A DNA stretch of 64,000 nt, taken from Macrostomum lignano (Eukaryota). Positions 35,900 through 48,610 of the stretch are shown here, one piece after another (position 1 is the stretch's first letter; every line of letters starts with the position of its first letter). The position numbers were made by a program, and so were the translations under genes. Location: contig NIVC01000012.1 in assembly GCA_002269645.1 (NCBI GenBank), positions 372,001-436,000 on the forward strand, given 5' to 3'. Below the pieces are notes generated by a model. It did not search any database and was not told the origin of the DNA. It saw only the letters and a program-made list of their open reading frames with translations.

Positions 35900-37999
35900 A
35901 CATGAGAGAACTTTCCAAAAAGAAAAAGAACTTTCTCTTGTCAAAATATCAAATGACATGATGATATTCTCATCAAGATCACGGCAGGCTCATTCGGTCT
36001 CATCGTAAATTAGCAATGGTTCGAGAGCTCCGATCTGAGCAGAGGCACAGTGGCGCCGTTTTTTAGCCACTCGGCAACGGGCTCTGGGAGGGTCCTCCTT
36101 CTTGGGAATCGCACTCGAATCGGTAGTTTCCGGCTTTTTCAGAAATTCTCGCCACGGCAAAATTAGCTTTGAGAATGAATTCCTCTACCAAACAGCTAGC
36201 TTCGAAGTTTTGATCGACGGGAGGCTCACCGGTTCTTGGCGACTGGCAGAAGGCTGCCTCACCGAGTCGATCCAGTCGCCATCGAATGGAAATCTTGCAG
36301 AGGAATTTCAGCATGCTAGCAACTTCTTTGTCATCTCTACGTTCGGGTGACTCATTCTGAGTAAGCACTTTGGTAACTTGTGACTTTTTCAAATTGCAAC
36401 GAACTTTAATCACGGTAGGAAGAATTCTTTTAGATTCTATGCTGAATGAACTGCTGGCCTTATCAAATCGGACAGTGAAAAACACTGATAAACACTTTCT
36501 TGACTGATTGGCAACTAAGCTGAGCCAGTTCAGAGACAGACTTTGCGGAAATAAGTGTGCAGAGTAACAGCATCGTTGCCTTCAATTTCAATGAGCTCTT
36601 GTGCTGTTCTGTCCAAGGCAGAGATTATTCTCAATGTAGTAGGACGCATCGGTCACGTGGACTCCAATTTCGTAGACATTCTCGGAAATGGCTGCAAGTG
36701 ATAAAGCATCGTCGAACATTCGCGTCGATCGTCATCGATAGTGATTGCCAGAAGATAAAGCTGCGAACAGATCTTCTCGATGCCGGGCTCGCTGAGTCAT
36801 TTGCTGACCTCACTGGCAACTTTGGATACTTCTGTCTTCAACTTGGCCTCCATTTCTTCGTCGGCTTTTATGAACGGCAATGAAAATTGAACTGACAACA
36901 ATAGATCGCGCATTGGTTCGAAATCTTTCTTGTTTATTATGGCGACAACGTGTCCTTTCGGATACGGATACCCGACCTGCCAGAGTGAGTAGCACACCAG
37001 AAAGAGCTTGTCGCAGTTATCCTTGTTAACTTTCACTGCCGCTCTAGGCAGAAAAATTGGCACATTACTCGTATTCGGATCTACTCGTAGCTTGACGGAA
37101 AACAGAGTCACATAGTTAGAATTGGCGAATCGCAATCGTTCTTCGTATTCCATGTCGGCGCGTTGACTTTCCTTGCCGATGTGTTCCTTGAACTTTTTAG
37201 TCACTTCGGCATCGAAGCGTTGAGCATGCAAGTTGTCGTACGTGATTCTCGGCACAGTGCCACAAAGAGGCTCCATATGAGCATAGCTACCGGGCACTAT
37301 GCGGCATAGCAACAGTTTATGCTTCAACTTGTGCGCCTGCTGTTCTATGGCGACCACTCGACCGAAAAGTTGTTTATCTGAGCCGCGATCTTCCGGGTTT
37401 AACAGATTCACGTAGCAAGCGTCGCCGTCTGCCGCACATGCACAGGCGGCCCTGCTTGGCAGAATAATTCTGGTAATGGTCTCGTCTGAGACCGGCTGGG
37501 CCCAAGAATTGAAAGAGTCGGCCAGGTGAACAATGCACAGCACAGTTGTTCGTTTGCCAATGAATTTTTCAGGTCGGTACAATCTGTAAGCTGGGATTAC
37601 TTCGTAACGAGTCTTGATGATGCCTTCAACTGGTCGGCCAACTCTTTGTTCGATAACACGCACCACAACCAGATCGTTGTATTCATACTTCCGGTTGTTG
37701 TTTAGTAGGACAATTTTTTTACAGTCCTTAAATTTACCCTCAGGAATGCCGACTGTCTGCCCGTTCTGTTCAAATTTAATCCTGCAGAGACAGTGGTTTT
37801 CTGAGTTATCAGACAGAAGCTTATCCGCTCTCTCAGTTTTTGTTTGGGCTTTAATAACTACTTCATCAGTAGTAGCGAAGTCGCGCAGTAAGTTATAAAT
37901 CTCTTCTAGCGACTGTTGCGGCCTTAGACGCCGCCAGCCACGGTGGTCGTAGTAGGGGTATGCGTCTTCATCGTCGCACATGCCGCCAACTTGGCGATA
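35900..37999 (-). CDS. HELZ2: HELZ2-like gene, large exon with OB/CSD region and RNB (RNase II) domain; several frameshifts after 36800
   Basis: Acceptor TTCCAG|TAT at 37999. LFLVCYSLWQVGYPYPKGHVVAII; then across shifting frames HREDL, AITIDD, FDDALS, YEIGVHVTDA and EASCLVEEFILKANFAVA, all RNB hallmarks. The 3' boundary is approximate. Confidence 0.8.
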
Positions 38000-38333
38000 C
38001 TGGAATATGAAATAATGGCTAGATCAAGCTCAGTAACATCTATGCATGAGACATGTATGCGTATTGAACATAATAATTTATTAATTGATTAACGCATTGT
38101 CAAAAATCAGCCTTTAGTAGGATAAAATAAAATGTCTATGGTCAAACCTAATCTACACCCAATACATTTCTTCACTTGAAACCTCTGGATAATGCTGTTG
38201 ACCTAAGGATAGTGGTGGGTTATTTTTAGAGCAGAAACAACAAACGCAAACAAGAAAAATAAATGCAAACATTAATTATGAGAATTATTCAGTAGTATCC
38301 ATAAGTATGGTACAATTTTCACAGTGCAAGTAC

Positions 38334-38465
38334 CATGCCGTGGGTCTGTGCGGTGTCTCCCATATTCAGGGCACGCGAAACTGCATTGCTATATTTTTGC
38401 AAGGACTTGTGCCATTTAATCGCCAGGTAGCGCCGGACGGTCGTCTCGTGAGTCGGGTGACTATC
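38334..38465 (-). CDS. Candidate upstream exon of the HELZ2-like gene
   Basis: TTTAG|GAT acceptor, 132-nt open frame, ATG|GTAC donor; phase 0-0, compatible with the 37999 acceptor. No recognisable motif. Confidence 0.45.
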
Positions 38466-38709
38466 CTAAAGTCCCACTTACGAATAACCTTATATTGTCC
38501 TTCCATTTAAACTATCACTAGAGAATCATTACAGTCATGCTTAAGTATTATAGCGGTATTCATATATGTTTAATTCCGCTCGTAGGAGCAGGATGTACAT
38601 GCAGCCTTGATAAACTGCAGCTTTTACTGTCTTCAAACATTCAAAAACTTGTGTATTTACCACAAGGTAATCAGTACTCCTTACTCTTTTGCACTTTGCT
38701 CAACCCAAT

Positions 38710-39060
38710 GGTTGGGGGTTCGATTCTTGACCCACTTGGAACAATTTGTGTCCTTGAGCAAGACACTTAGCTCTGCATTGCTTCAGTTCACCCAACTGTA
38801 AAATCGGTGCCAGTATTAGCTAGGGTAATTGAGGGTGTGTGGCGACCCCCCAGTCCTTGGACTGAAGAATATTACTGCATCTATATATTACTTTCTAAAT
38901 AATATTATAAGTAATATTCATAATATTACAGAAGAATATTATGGCTATTACTGTATATAGCTGGACGTAGCCTTCAGATGTGCTGTGCAATAGCTGCGGC
39001 TAAGCTGTCGGTTGCACATCTGCCCTATTAGGGCAGGTATAATCAGTTATTATCATTATT
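38710..39060 (+). mobile_element. tRNA-derived SINE, 5'-truncated, with an internal AT-rich insertion
   Basis: B box GGTTCGATTC and family body; tail GCCCTATTAGGGCAGG. Confidence 0.85.
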
Positions 39061-40175
39061 TATATTAAGCCAATGAATCCACTACAGTACATGATAAGCA
39101 CTTTGCTTTCCAGGAAGCAGTACTATTATGTACTTGACCAAAATTTACCATATGAACTATATTAATGTTCAAACAAGTTTTTTTTGAGAATTTAGTCAGT
39201 ACTAAAATGCATCAGAGATTACAGCGAAATTGATTGCAGCAGATGAGATTGCCATGACATTGTCATGGAAAATTCATATCTTGGCTTCCTAGGGAACCAA
39301 GTGTGAGGCCATATATGTGGAGCAGGGCTGGGAAAGTACTCCCCAAGCAGCAAAATTAGAAAGTTAGATGTTTCCAATACATAACTTTTTTGGTTGCAGA
39401 AATGTCCCTGATATGTATTCAATTTTTATGATCTAAAAGAAGCTTGTTTCTACAAAAATGGTGGAATAAATAATAATACAGGCATTCTGTTCACAATTTT
39501 TGAGGATCATATAAATTGGATATGTATCAGGGACATAACAGAGATAACTAACAATGAAGTTAGCAAAATTTATATAACTCAATATAATTGTAGGCTGATT
39601 TTTAACAAATAATCATCAACATGATTGGCCATTTCTGGACCCAGAGCTATCACTCAAGCATTGCATAAGGTATGATTTTAGTGCACTAATACTAGCACAT
39701 GTCAAACTACTTTTGTATCCTATATGTTTATGAAAACTGAAAATCTAATTCAAGATGCAGTCCATAAAGTGTCTTACTTCTCTAAGCTATTGCTTAGGAA
39801 TTGATAACTTAAAAAATAGGATGCACCATAAATCCTTGATTTTAATCATTTAATTTTCGACTATGACAATTAGTTCCTTAAGAAATTCATAGGAATTATA
39901 GAATCTACCTACTTGAAGCTCAAAAATGTACTTAAATTAAAACTACTTACAACTGTTAATATAATTTCATATGATATAATTTAATTTATAGCTATTACAT
40001 TTTCCAAAACCCATAGATATAAATAATAGACCTAATTAAATATGACTAATTAAAATTTAAACAAAGCAAGACATAGACAAGCAGTCAAACCAAGGGTCCA
40101 ATGCATTGAACCCTAAGATAACAATAAAGAATAGACAAGGTTTTTCATATTTTTATTTAAATTCATGACTTTATG

Positions 40176-40526
40176 TAGGGGTCCCAAATCCTGGACATTT
40201 TACAATCCTGGACCTTGGATCCTGGACAAAAAATTGACCCAATCCCAAGATCCCAGGCCAAACAAATTTACACAAAGTTTTCCATTGTCCACAAAACAAA
40301 TTTCTCAACTAATTTGAGCATCATTTGGGTTTCTACTTTCTATTTCTAGCTTATACTGCATTGATAAAATAGTTGAAGTCTTGGCTTTCTAGTCCTTGTC
40401 CAATGATCAGTGTTCAGTGTTCACTATCCATGTACAATTGTACATACATACTAAACTACACCCTCCCCTTGGATTAGGACTATACTGTATCGCTGTGCTG
40501 GTGCCTTTCTCTGCCCCCAACACAGA

Positions 40527-40583
<57 letters not shown>

Positions 40584-40957
40584 GCTCAGACTCAGAACCC
40601 AGTCACCACCCCATCACTTTTTTCTGCCCCCTTTCCTTTCTGTAGCAGCGCCTGCAGCGTGCAGTGGGGCCCGGGCTAGTGGGCCCAGTGTCCAGGTCCA
40701 GGCCATTGCCACTTAGACAGTTAGACTAAAGTCTAGACTAGACTCTTAGTAGTGACTAGTAGTGCTTGATACAGTTGATAGATAATCCTACTGTCCTTCA
40801 TTCTCAGGATGCAAAAATTCTCTCAAAACAGTTAAGTGCTAACTGCAAGACGAAAAATATTCACTTCTGCAAAGTGTGAATTCCAATCCCGTGTTTACCG
40901 GGATACCGGGCCCCTGAACACTAACAAAAAGGCGGGATCTCGGGATTGGGACCCCTA
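40176..40957. mobile_element. hAT-type MITE (782 bp)
   Basis: TIRs TAGGGGTCCCAA..TCC / GGATTGGGACCCCTA. Perfect 8-bp TSD ACTTTATG at 40168-40175 and 40958-40965. Contains (CA)n at about 40531-40579. Confidence 0.85.
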
Positions 40958-41893
40958 ACTTTATGTATGATAAATGGATAGAAATTTGAAATAGCCATAT
41001 TAAATCAGAAATAGCTATGGTAGCCAGCTAGTACATTTGTAAAAAAACATTTTTATCTCAGAAACTCTTACTGGTATTTAGCTAGTTATTGATAGTTCGC
41101 CAATAACTTCGATCTCTACAGACGTTGACTCACAAGATTTATCATATTCGAATAATATGATTAGTCGGTTAAAAAGTATGCGAATTGTGAGAAGTTAAAT
41201 TTCAACTTGAGTTCTGTGCTTCTTTTTAGGTTTTCGACTTTATTCTTCTTTTACATGATACGCATTATTTTTAAAGTATAGTGGTTCGATAATTTTACGA
41301 AGCAAAAACGCAGTGTCCCTACTTATTTTTGAATGCTACTTTGTTTTATTTTACTTTCTAAGCCGAACAAAATAGTTTTTCGCTGGATCGCCGGTTTGGA
41401 TAAGAAAGCATTAGATATAGCAATGTATCCACGCCAGAAAGGCATCAAGGCATTCCCTTTGTCATCAGACTTGTCCATCAGTCCTTGATGATACTTGGGC
41501 AGTCGTCATTTGCTTTTGGTAGTTTTTGTCAGAAGTATCTTCATGAAAAAAGTTACACATCTAATACTTCGAAAGTCAGTCAATTACGAGCTATGTTCAC
41601 TAATTTTTTACCTCTCGGTTTGTATTTCTTCCAATAGAATTTTTGCCCATATTTTGGATATTCATAGATGGCTGCTGCTGAAAGTTAGAATCTTTACTCT
41701 TTACTGTAGTAACAGTATAGTAAATAACTTTAAGAACTGAGCTGAGGCCACAAAACAGTGCCAGTTAAATACTAAGTAACAAACTATTTTCTTTAAAATC
41801 AAAACAGCACTTCTTTTAACGGTTTATTTCGTAAAAAAACAGTAAAAAAGACAAAAGCTAGTAAAAACAGGCTTAAAAAATTAAATATCCACC

Positions 41894-44800
41894 TCAAACT
41901 TGCATGCTTCGATAAACCAGCATTTGCTCAGCAGTCACGGAGGGCGCCAATTCTTTGGCGCAGCTAAGCAGCATGGCCTGAGTCAGGCAACAATTCACAC
42001 TCAGCTCGTCCTCCGATCCGCTGTCTATGGCGGAAACCGCCTCTCGCAAGGCCAGATCGGCGGCATTGGACACCACCGACATGACATCAGCACCAGTGAC
42101 AAGCGACGGCAGAGCGGCAGCCAGCGTCTCAACGTCAACATCCGGTGCGCACGTGCGTCGCCGTAATTGAGCCCTGAAAAGGGCCGTTTTATCCTCCAGA
42201 CTTTCGGCCGGCGCAATTAGCAAGGCCTGATCGAATCGGCCAGGCCGAAGGAGAGCGCGATCTAGCAGGTCGGCTCGGTTGGTGGCCCCAATGACGAAAA
42301 CAGCAGCGTCGGCCGTTCTGATGCCATCAAGTTCGGCGAGCAGCTGGGAAACGATTCTGTCAACCGCACCGCTTCCGCCGCCGCCGCCACGAGCCGGCGC
42401 AATCGAGTCCAATTCGTCGAAGAATACAACGCAAGGCGCAAGACGAATTGCGTCAGCGAACAGTGCCCGGACGTTCGCTTCGGATTGACCAACGTACATG
42501 TTGACGAGCTCGGGACCTTTCACGCTCAGGAAGGACAGCCCCAACTGGCTGGCCGCCGCCCTGGCCAGCAGGGTCTTGCCAACGCCAGGCGGACCGTAGA
42601 GCAGCAGGCCGCAGCGTCGGTGCCGTCGCAGCTCCGGCCGTTTCAATGGCGCCTCCACTGTCGCTAAAATTTCAGCCACGGCCGCTTCCTGACCACCGAC
42701 GTCTTCCCAGGCTACAGCGGCGGTTGTAGGCAGACTCGACGCGCCGAGAGAAGCAGCTCGAGCTTTCAGCGTCGCATCCAGGGCGGCAGACAGGGCAGAG
42801 GGACGAATCTGACCTTCGATATTTGTTGTAAGCTTGCTTCTAGTAGCGGTAAGATCAATAGTCTCTTCAGCAGAATCTTGGTAGCCAAATTCCGACAAAC
42901 GAGCGCGCCGTCTCAGCGCCCAGAGCTCGGCGGCGTTGAAACCGACGCTGCGCTGAGTTAAGCGGTCCAGCAATGCGGCGTCGCTTTCCAGACCAGCGCC
43001 GGCATTTAGCAGAGCTTGCCGACGTTCCGACTCGGTTGGCGGTGGCACGGCCAGGTCTAGCTGGAACAGGGCCAGCAAGCCCGCGTCCAACTGGCTGAGT
43101 GATTGACAGGTGCCAATTATGACTGACGGCTGCCGGCCTTGACCGTCTGCGGGACAATGACAATTTTTTTGGCTTCAAATACGATTTTTTAAAAGCATTT
43201 AAACTAGGCCGCTGTAAATCACGTGTGAGCGAGTGTAACACCTGTGTGCTCCAACCAACCCTGCTGCTGTCGGCCAGTCTGATTCAGCAACCGAGCCAAC
43301 GCAGTCACAGCCGCCGGATCGGCACCCGACAAACCGTCCCGTTTTCTAGCTAACAAGCCGACATCAGTGAGTAGCAGCAGTCTCGGCAGGGCTGCGTCAC
43401 CGGACAGGATGGTGGAAAAATCTTCCTCGCCATAGTCAGACGCAGAGCCAAGAGCAGACCCGTCGCTACTACTGACCGAACCAGGCAGTTGGACGGTTAA
43501 ATTTTCACATCGAGCAATTCGGACGTGTAAACTGAGACGGTCAGCTACGGCTAGAGCGGCGGCAGCTTTGCCGCAACCGCTGGGCCCGTGCAGGAGCACA
43601 GTGACTGGTGGAAGACTATTCTCAATCGAAGCGTCAACGCATCGACGCAGCAAAGTGGTCAGTCGGTTAACAAAACCTGCGGCTAACGGTAGCGATGGCG
43701 AAGGATAAAGACGCGGTGCGTAGGATACTACAGCCGATTTGTAATTGTTGTTGGCTGCTTGCACTCGGAGGCTGGTGAACTCCAAGCCGGCCAGTATTGG
43801 CCCGGCAAGGTGCTCAGAGCCGGAGCTGACTTCGTCACCTGTTCAATTAGGAAAGAATTATTAATTACGTGAATATTTTTATTCATTGCGACTTGTCAAC
43901 CTTGGATTGATGCTTCAAAACTGTAAAAATAAAACTGGGGTTGTAGCTTAGTGGTCAGAGCGTCGGACTCACGACTTGAAGGTCGCGGGTTCGATTCTTG
44001 ACTCACTCGAAACAATTTGTATGTCCTTGAGCGAGACACTTAACTCTGCATTGCAATTCAGTTTACCCAGCTGTAAAATGGGTGCCAGCATTAGCTGGGG
44101 TAATTGAGGGTGTGAGTGGCGACCCCCCAGTCCTTGGACTGAACAGCCATACGCAGCCTTCAGATGCGCCGCGCAATAGCTGCGGCTGAGCTGTCGGTGC
44201 ACATTTGCCCTATTAGAAAACAAAATCATAGCATATCACAGAAATATAATTACTCGCAAGAGGTCCAAGCACCCTGGCACAATGCCTTCGGTGACACCAT
44301 CCCAAAACCAAGCTCCGTGTCATATGGAACTTTTGTGAAGCTCCGTGTTATCCGTGTTCATGGTAAATATACTGACAAAAAATCAATCGGACTACTTACT
44401 TAGTAAAAGCAAGTAGTATTAATAAAAAATCTACCATTACTTTCGGCTTTTTCTAAACTTGACCGATTAAAATAGGCTTTTTTGAGTATTATAAATTTCT
44501 TGGCTTAAATCTTACCGTATAGTACAGCACAGTGCCAGTCGCAAGCTCGTGAGTCGCAGCATCTGTTTGGCATGCAGGCACAGTTACAAGATCGCCCAGA
44601 TACAAGCACTGCTGGGTTGAGAACAGCTCAAACAAACTGGACTTGTATTCATATCCGATAGGGTAGTGTGGCGAAGGAGACACTGCTAACTGAATGCTTT
44701 GTGCTCGCTTAGCTGATGCAGTATCGTTGGTTGAGCACTGCTCAATTCTAAGCCTCACTGAAGGGCAGTAAATATGACATTTAACGACGTCAGCTTGTCT

Positions 44801-45142
44801 CGAAGTTTTAGCTCGTAACAGGTTGTGAATCAGACTTGGATGGCCGGCAAGAAGCTGGCCGTCACCTTCCTGACCTTTAGAATCGCTACAAACTCTGACA
44901 AATGCAAGACGAACAGGTGACTTCCATGTATTGTCATCGGAGCATGGACACTCTGCTCTCACTTTTACCAAACTGTTCTGAGCCAAACTAAGTTCTGAGT
45001 TTGGACTAACAAATATGCAGTTTACAACTGTGTGCTGAGGCAATGATAGCCTACTTAAATTGATTAGATTGATCTGCTTGTCAATATCCACTTCAATTAG
45101 ACTGTTAGCAGCACTGGCTACTGTTGACATGTTAGATTGAGC
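41894..45142 (-). CDS. PEX6: Peroxisomal AAA ATPase PEX6; exons about 45142/45130-44516, 43838-43242 and 43146-41894
   Basis: D2 domain GLLLYGPPGVGKTLL..FLSVKGPELVNMYVGQSEANVR..CVVFFDELDSIAPARG..DRIVSQLLAELDG..LLRPGRFD. Degenerate D1 LLHGPSGCGK. GT-AG boundaries seen; one internal exon appears unaccounted for. Confidence 0.92.
43937..44217 (+). mobile_element. tRNA-derived SINE, full length, in a PEX6 intron
   Basis: A box TAGCTTAGTGG (43944-43954) and B box GGTTCGATTC (43988-43997), followed by the family body. Confidence 0.88.
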
Positions 45143-46306
45143 CTGAAAAATGTATGTATTGAAAGTTTTATTAAAATTGTTTTATTTCATTAAAGTCATA
45201 AGCAATATTTTTTTAATCAAGATTTTAATAAATTGTAACATATAACTAAAGAATAACTAAATTAGGAGATATTTTATTAGAAAAATAGTAGTGTTTATAC
45301 AAAAACTTTTTATTACGAATATGTGGCCCTATATACTTAAGTTTTAAAAAGTAAACTAAAAATAATAACTTTCTATTAAGATACTTAAAAGTAACACAAC
45401 CTATAAATAAATAAAAAAATATTATTTTCAGTGCCTATTTATCACTTACAAATGTAGAAAAATGGAAATCAAACTATTTTTATTTGATATAAACGATAAA
45501 AGATAGGCCTAGACCAATGTATGATTCCATTAATATTTATTTTAAAAAAACTAAAAAGGAACCAAAAAATGACATAGGCTTACTCATTTATAAGCTAAAG
45601 CCATTTTTTTACCATTTTTAACTTTGATTATTTACTTATACCTCTTTAAGAAATTCTTAGTATAAGTTGCTTATTCCTAATAATACAAAAAATCTGTCTA
45701 ATTTTTTTCTTGTCTATCTTCCATAGTCTAGATTGTGCTGGGTGCATACCCAGACAAAAATTGAATTAATGCAAATGCATGCCAAAAATTGCACTTTATA
45801 ATTAAAAATGAACTTTTTATCTTTTTTCTACTTAATACCAACTCTTTTTTTTCTTTTTTTCTCTTACCAATAACCAAATTTTTGGGCGTATACTATATGA
45901 TCCAGAGTGTGGGGTACCTTACCTTTTGTATAGATAGAGTAGTGGGTGACAAAAATTTAGATTAATGCTATAATATTTTCTTTAAGTATTATTGGTTAAT
46001 AGTGCTTTGTAACCAAAGCAAGGAAGTTACAGAAAATATACTAGCTATGGATATGGATAGGATACAAACAGGTAAATATTTGAGATTAGATATAGTATAG
46101 ATAACTAAAAGAAAATTTTGGTTAGGCCTATGCTAGAATTCTACTTTTTAGAAATAGGCCCCCCTTGGCCTTTATTAATATTAGGCCTACCAGATTGATG
46201 CAAAGGGTATTTATTTATTTGAAATTGCTCAAATTCTATGAGTATCATTGTATCAACTTATTTTTGAATTAAAAAGTTAGATAAATTCATAAATTGGTAA
46301 TATGTT

Positions 46307-46500
46307 CAAGGGCATAGGGAGGGAGGATAGGGAGGGGGATGTATCCTCCCAAAGAGCTTGACCAAAACTTTTTTGTTGCCTTCTGTTGCTATACATGATA
46401 CCACATGTCTCTGTCATAGCAATTTTACCTTGGCATATCCCCCCATAGAAAATTCACCTTTGGTGTATCCCCCCATAGGAAATTCCTGGCTATGCCCTTG
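46307..46500. mobile_element. hAT-type MITE (194 bp)
   Basis: 11-bp TIR CAAGGGCATAG / CTATGCCCTTG; 8-bp TSD AATATGTT at 46299-46306 and 46501-46508. Confidence 0.85.
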
Positions 46501-46830
46501 AATATGTTAATGTTTTTAATTGCTAAATTTAGATAAATAGTCTTATGTAAAAAATACAATTAGAATAGACAGACATGATAAATTTAAGAAGCTAAATATC
46601 CAATGATAAAACTAGGAAGTTAAAAAAACAGTATTTTTAAGTGAAATCTATAAAACCTGAATGCTGAAGATAAATAAAATAGTATGTAAGTTGAACTTTT
46701 GAAGTTTATTTGATATTATCATCGACCTGAAGTCTTACAGATACTTTAACACTTTGAAAAATTTAATATTTTGAAATTCACTGTCACCATTGCTTGCTCT
46801 GGGTTTACTTTTTATTATCTGACTTAAATG

Positions 46831-47527
46831 CAAGGACGACTTAAGTAGAAGGACGGGAAACCTCGTTTCTTAGAAAAGTTTTGAAGGCACTTTTTCCCGA
46901 AAAAATACACTACGGAGATAGGAAGTTTTCATTTTTTCAGCACAAAAATTGTTATTGCGTTTGATAGGAGGCAGAACCAGTGTTCATCTTTTGATATGTT
47001 GTGCCTTTTTTATTGCTCTATCGATATTTATAAAAGTTTTCGTTCAGAAAATTAGGATTCTATGTTAATTTTTTATTCTACGTATATTTCCTGTATCTAA
47101 AAATCACAAAAATGCATGACACAGCTCCAATATTTGGTTTTATGAACCTATTTTATCATCTCTGTTACAAATATTTGCTAACAGTCGGGTAAGAATGATA
47201 AAAAAGACTCATGAAGCTAAAGAGCCGAGCCGTGGCATTCTAATGTATTTCAAGCACAAGACGCGCGAAAATATACGTAGAATAAAAAATTAACATAGAA
47301 TCCTAATTTTCTGAACGAAAAGCTTTATAAATATCGATAGAGCAATAAAAAAGGCACAACATATCAAAAGATGAACACTGGATCTGCCTCCTATCAAACG
47401 CAATAACAATTTTTGTGCTGAAAAAATGAAAACTTCCTATCTCCGTAGTGTATTTTTTCGGGAAAAAGTGCCTTCAAAACTTTTCTAAGAAACGAGGTTT
47501 CCCGTCCTTCTACTTAAGTCGTCCTTG
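46831..47527. mobile_element. Long-TIR (foldback-like) non-autonomous element with hAT-like ends
   Basis: Near-perfect ~259-bp arms (46831-47089 and 47268-47527); termini CAAGG/CCTTG; 8-bp TSD CTTAAATG. Confidence 0.88.
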
Positions 47528-47887
47528 CTTAAATGTAGAAGTAAGAATAGAAAACTTAAAGTTCTGCTTTATTCTCAACTCACCTAACGTGACCGATTCC
47601 TTGAAAACGCCGCTTTTGAATCGGTACGAAAACACAAAGACTTTTAACGTGCAAAATGTTTCGCTGTTTCGCAAATGTTTCGCAAAAGGATCGCTTTCCT
47701 TAAACTATTTGACTACTAAAATGCCATGGTAGCTATAGGTGATCATTAATTAAGATCGGCCCAGGGCAGGTTGACCTGTTAAACAACTTGACAAGACATA
47801 AACACCCAAGACGAGGTGGCCCATATGTTCTAAAACAGGGGTTGGCGAAATTTTACCTCAAGGGCCAGATACAGAGAACCTAGCGCA

Positions 47888-48610
47888 TGACAAGACGAGA
47901 CGAGAGGAAACGAGAGGAGACGAGAGGAGAGGAGACGAGAGGAAATGAGAGGAGACGAGAGGAGAGGAGACGAGACGAGAGGAAACGAGACGAGAGGAAA
48001 CGAGACGAGACGAGACGAGACGAGAGGAGACGAGAGGAGACGAGACGAGACGAGAGGAGACGAGAGGAAATGAGAGGAGACGAGAGGAGAGGAGACGAGA
48101 CGAGAGGAAACGAGACGAGAGGAAACGAGACGAGACGAGACGAGACGAGAGGAGACGAGAGGAGACGAGACGAGACGAGAGGAGACGAGACGAGACGAGA
48201 CGAGAGGAGACGAGACGAGACGAGACGAGACGAGACGAGAGGAGACGAGACGAGAGGAAACGAGAGGAGACGAGAAGAAATGAGAGGAGACGAGAGGAGA
48301 GGAGACGAGACGAGAGGAAACGAGAGGAGACGAGAAGAAATGAGAGGAGACGAGACGAGAGGAGACGAGACGAGAGGAAATGAGAGGAGACGAGACGAGA
48401 GAGGAGACGAGACGAGAGGAAACGAGAGAGACGAGACGAGAAGACGAGAGGTGAGGAGACGAGACGAGACGAGAGGAGACGAGACGAGACGAGACGAGAC
48501 GAGACGAGACGAGACGAGACGAGACGAGACGAGACGAGACGAGACGAGACGAGACGAGACGAGACGAGAGGAAACGAGACGAGACGAGACGAGACGGGAG
48601 GAGACGAGAA
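47888..48610 (+). repeat. (GAGAC)n / GAGAG mixed pentamer microsatellite
   Basis: Direct. Confidence 0.97.

Noticed and set aside
43937-44010. tRNA gene
   Set aside because: A and B boxes are present, but the sequence runs into a shared SINE body in multiple copies, with no proper acceptor stem or poly-T terminator.
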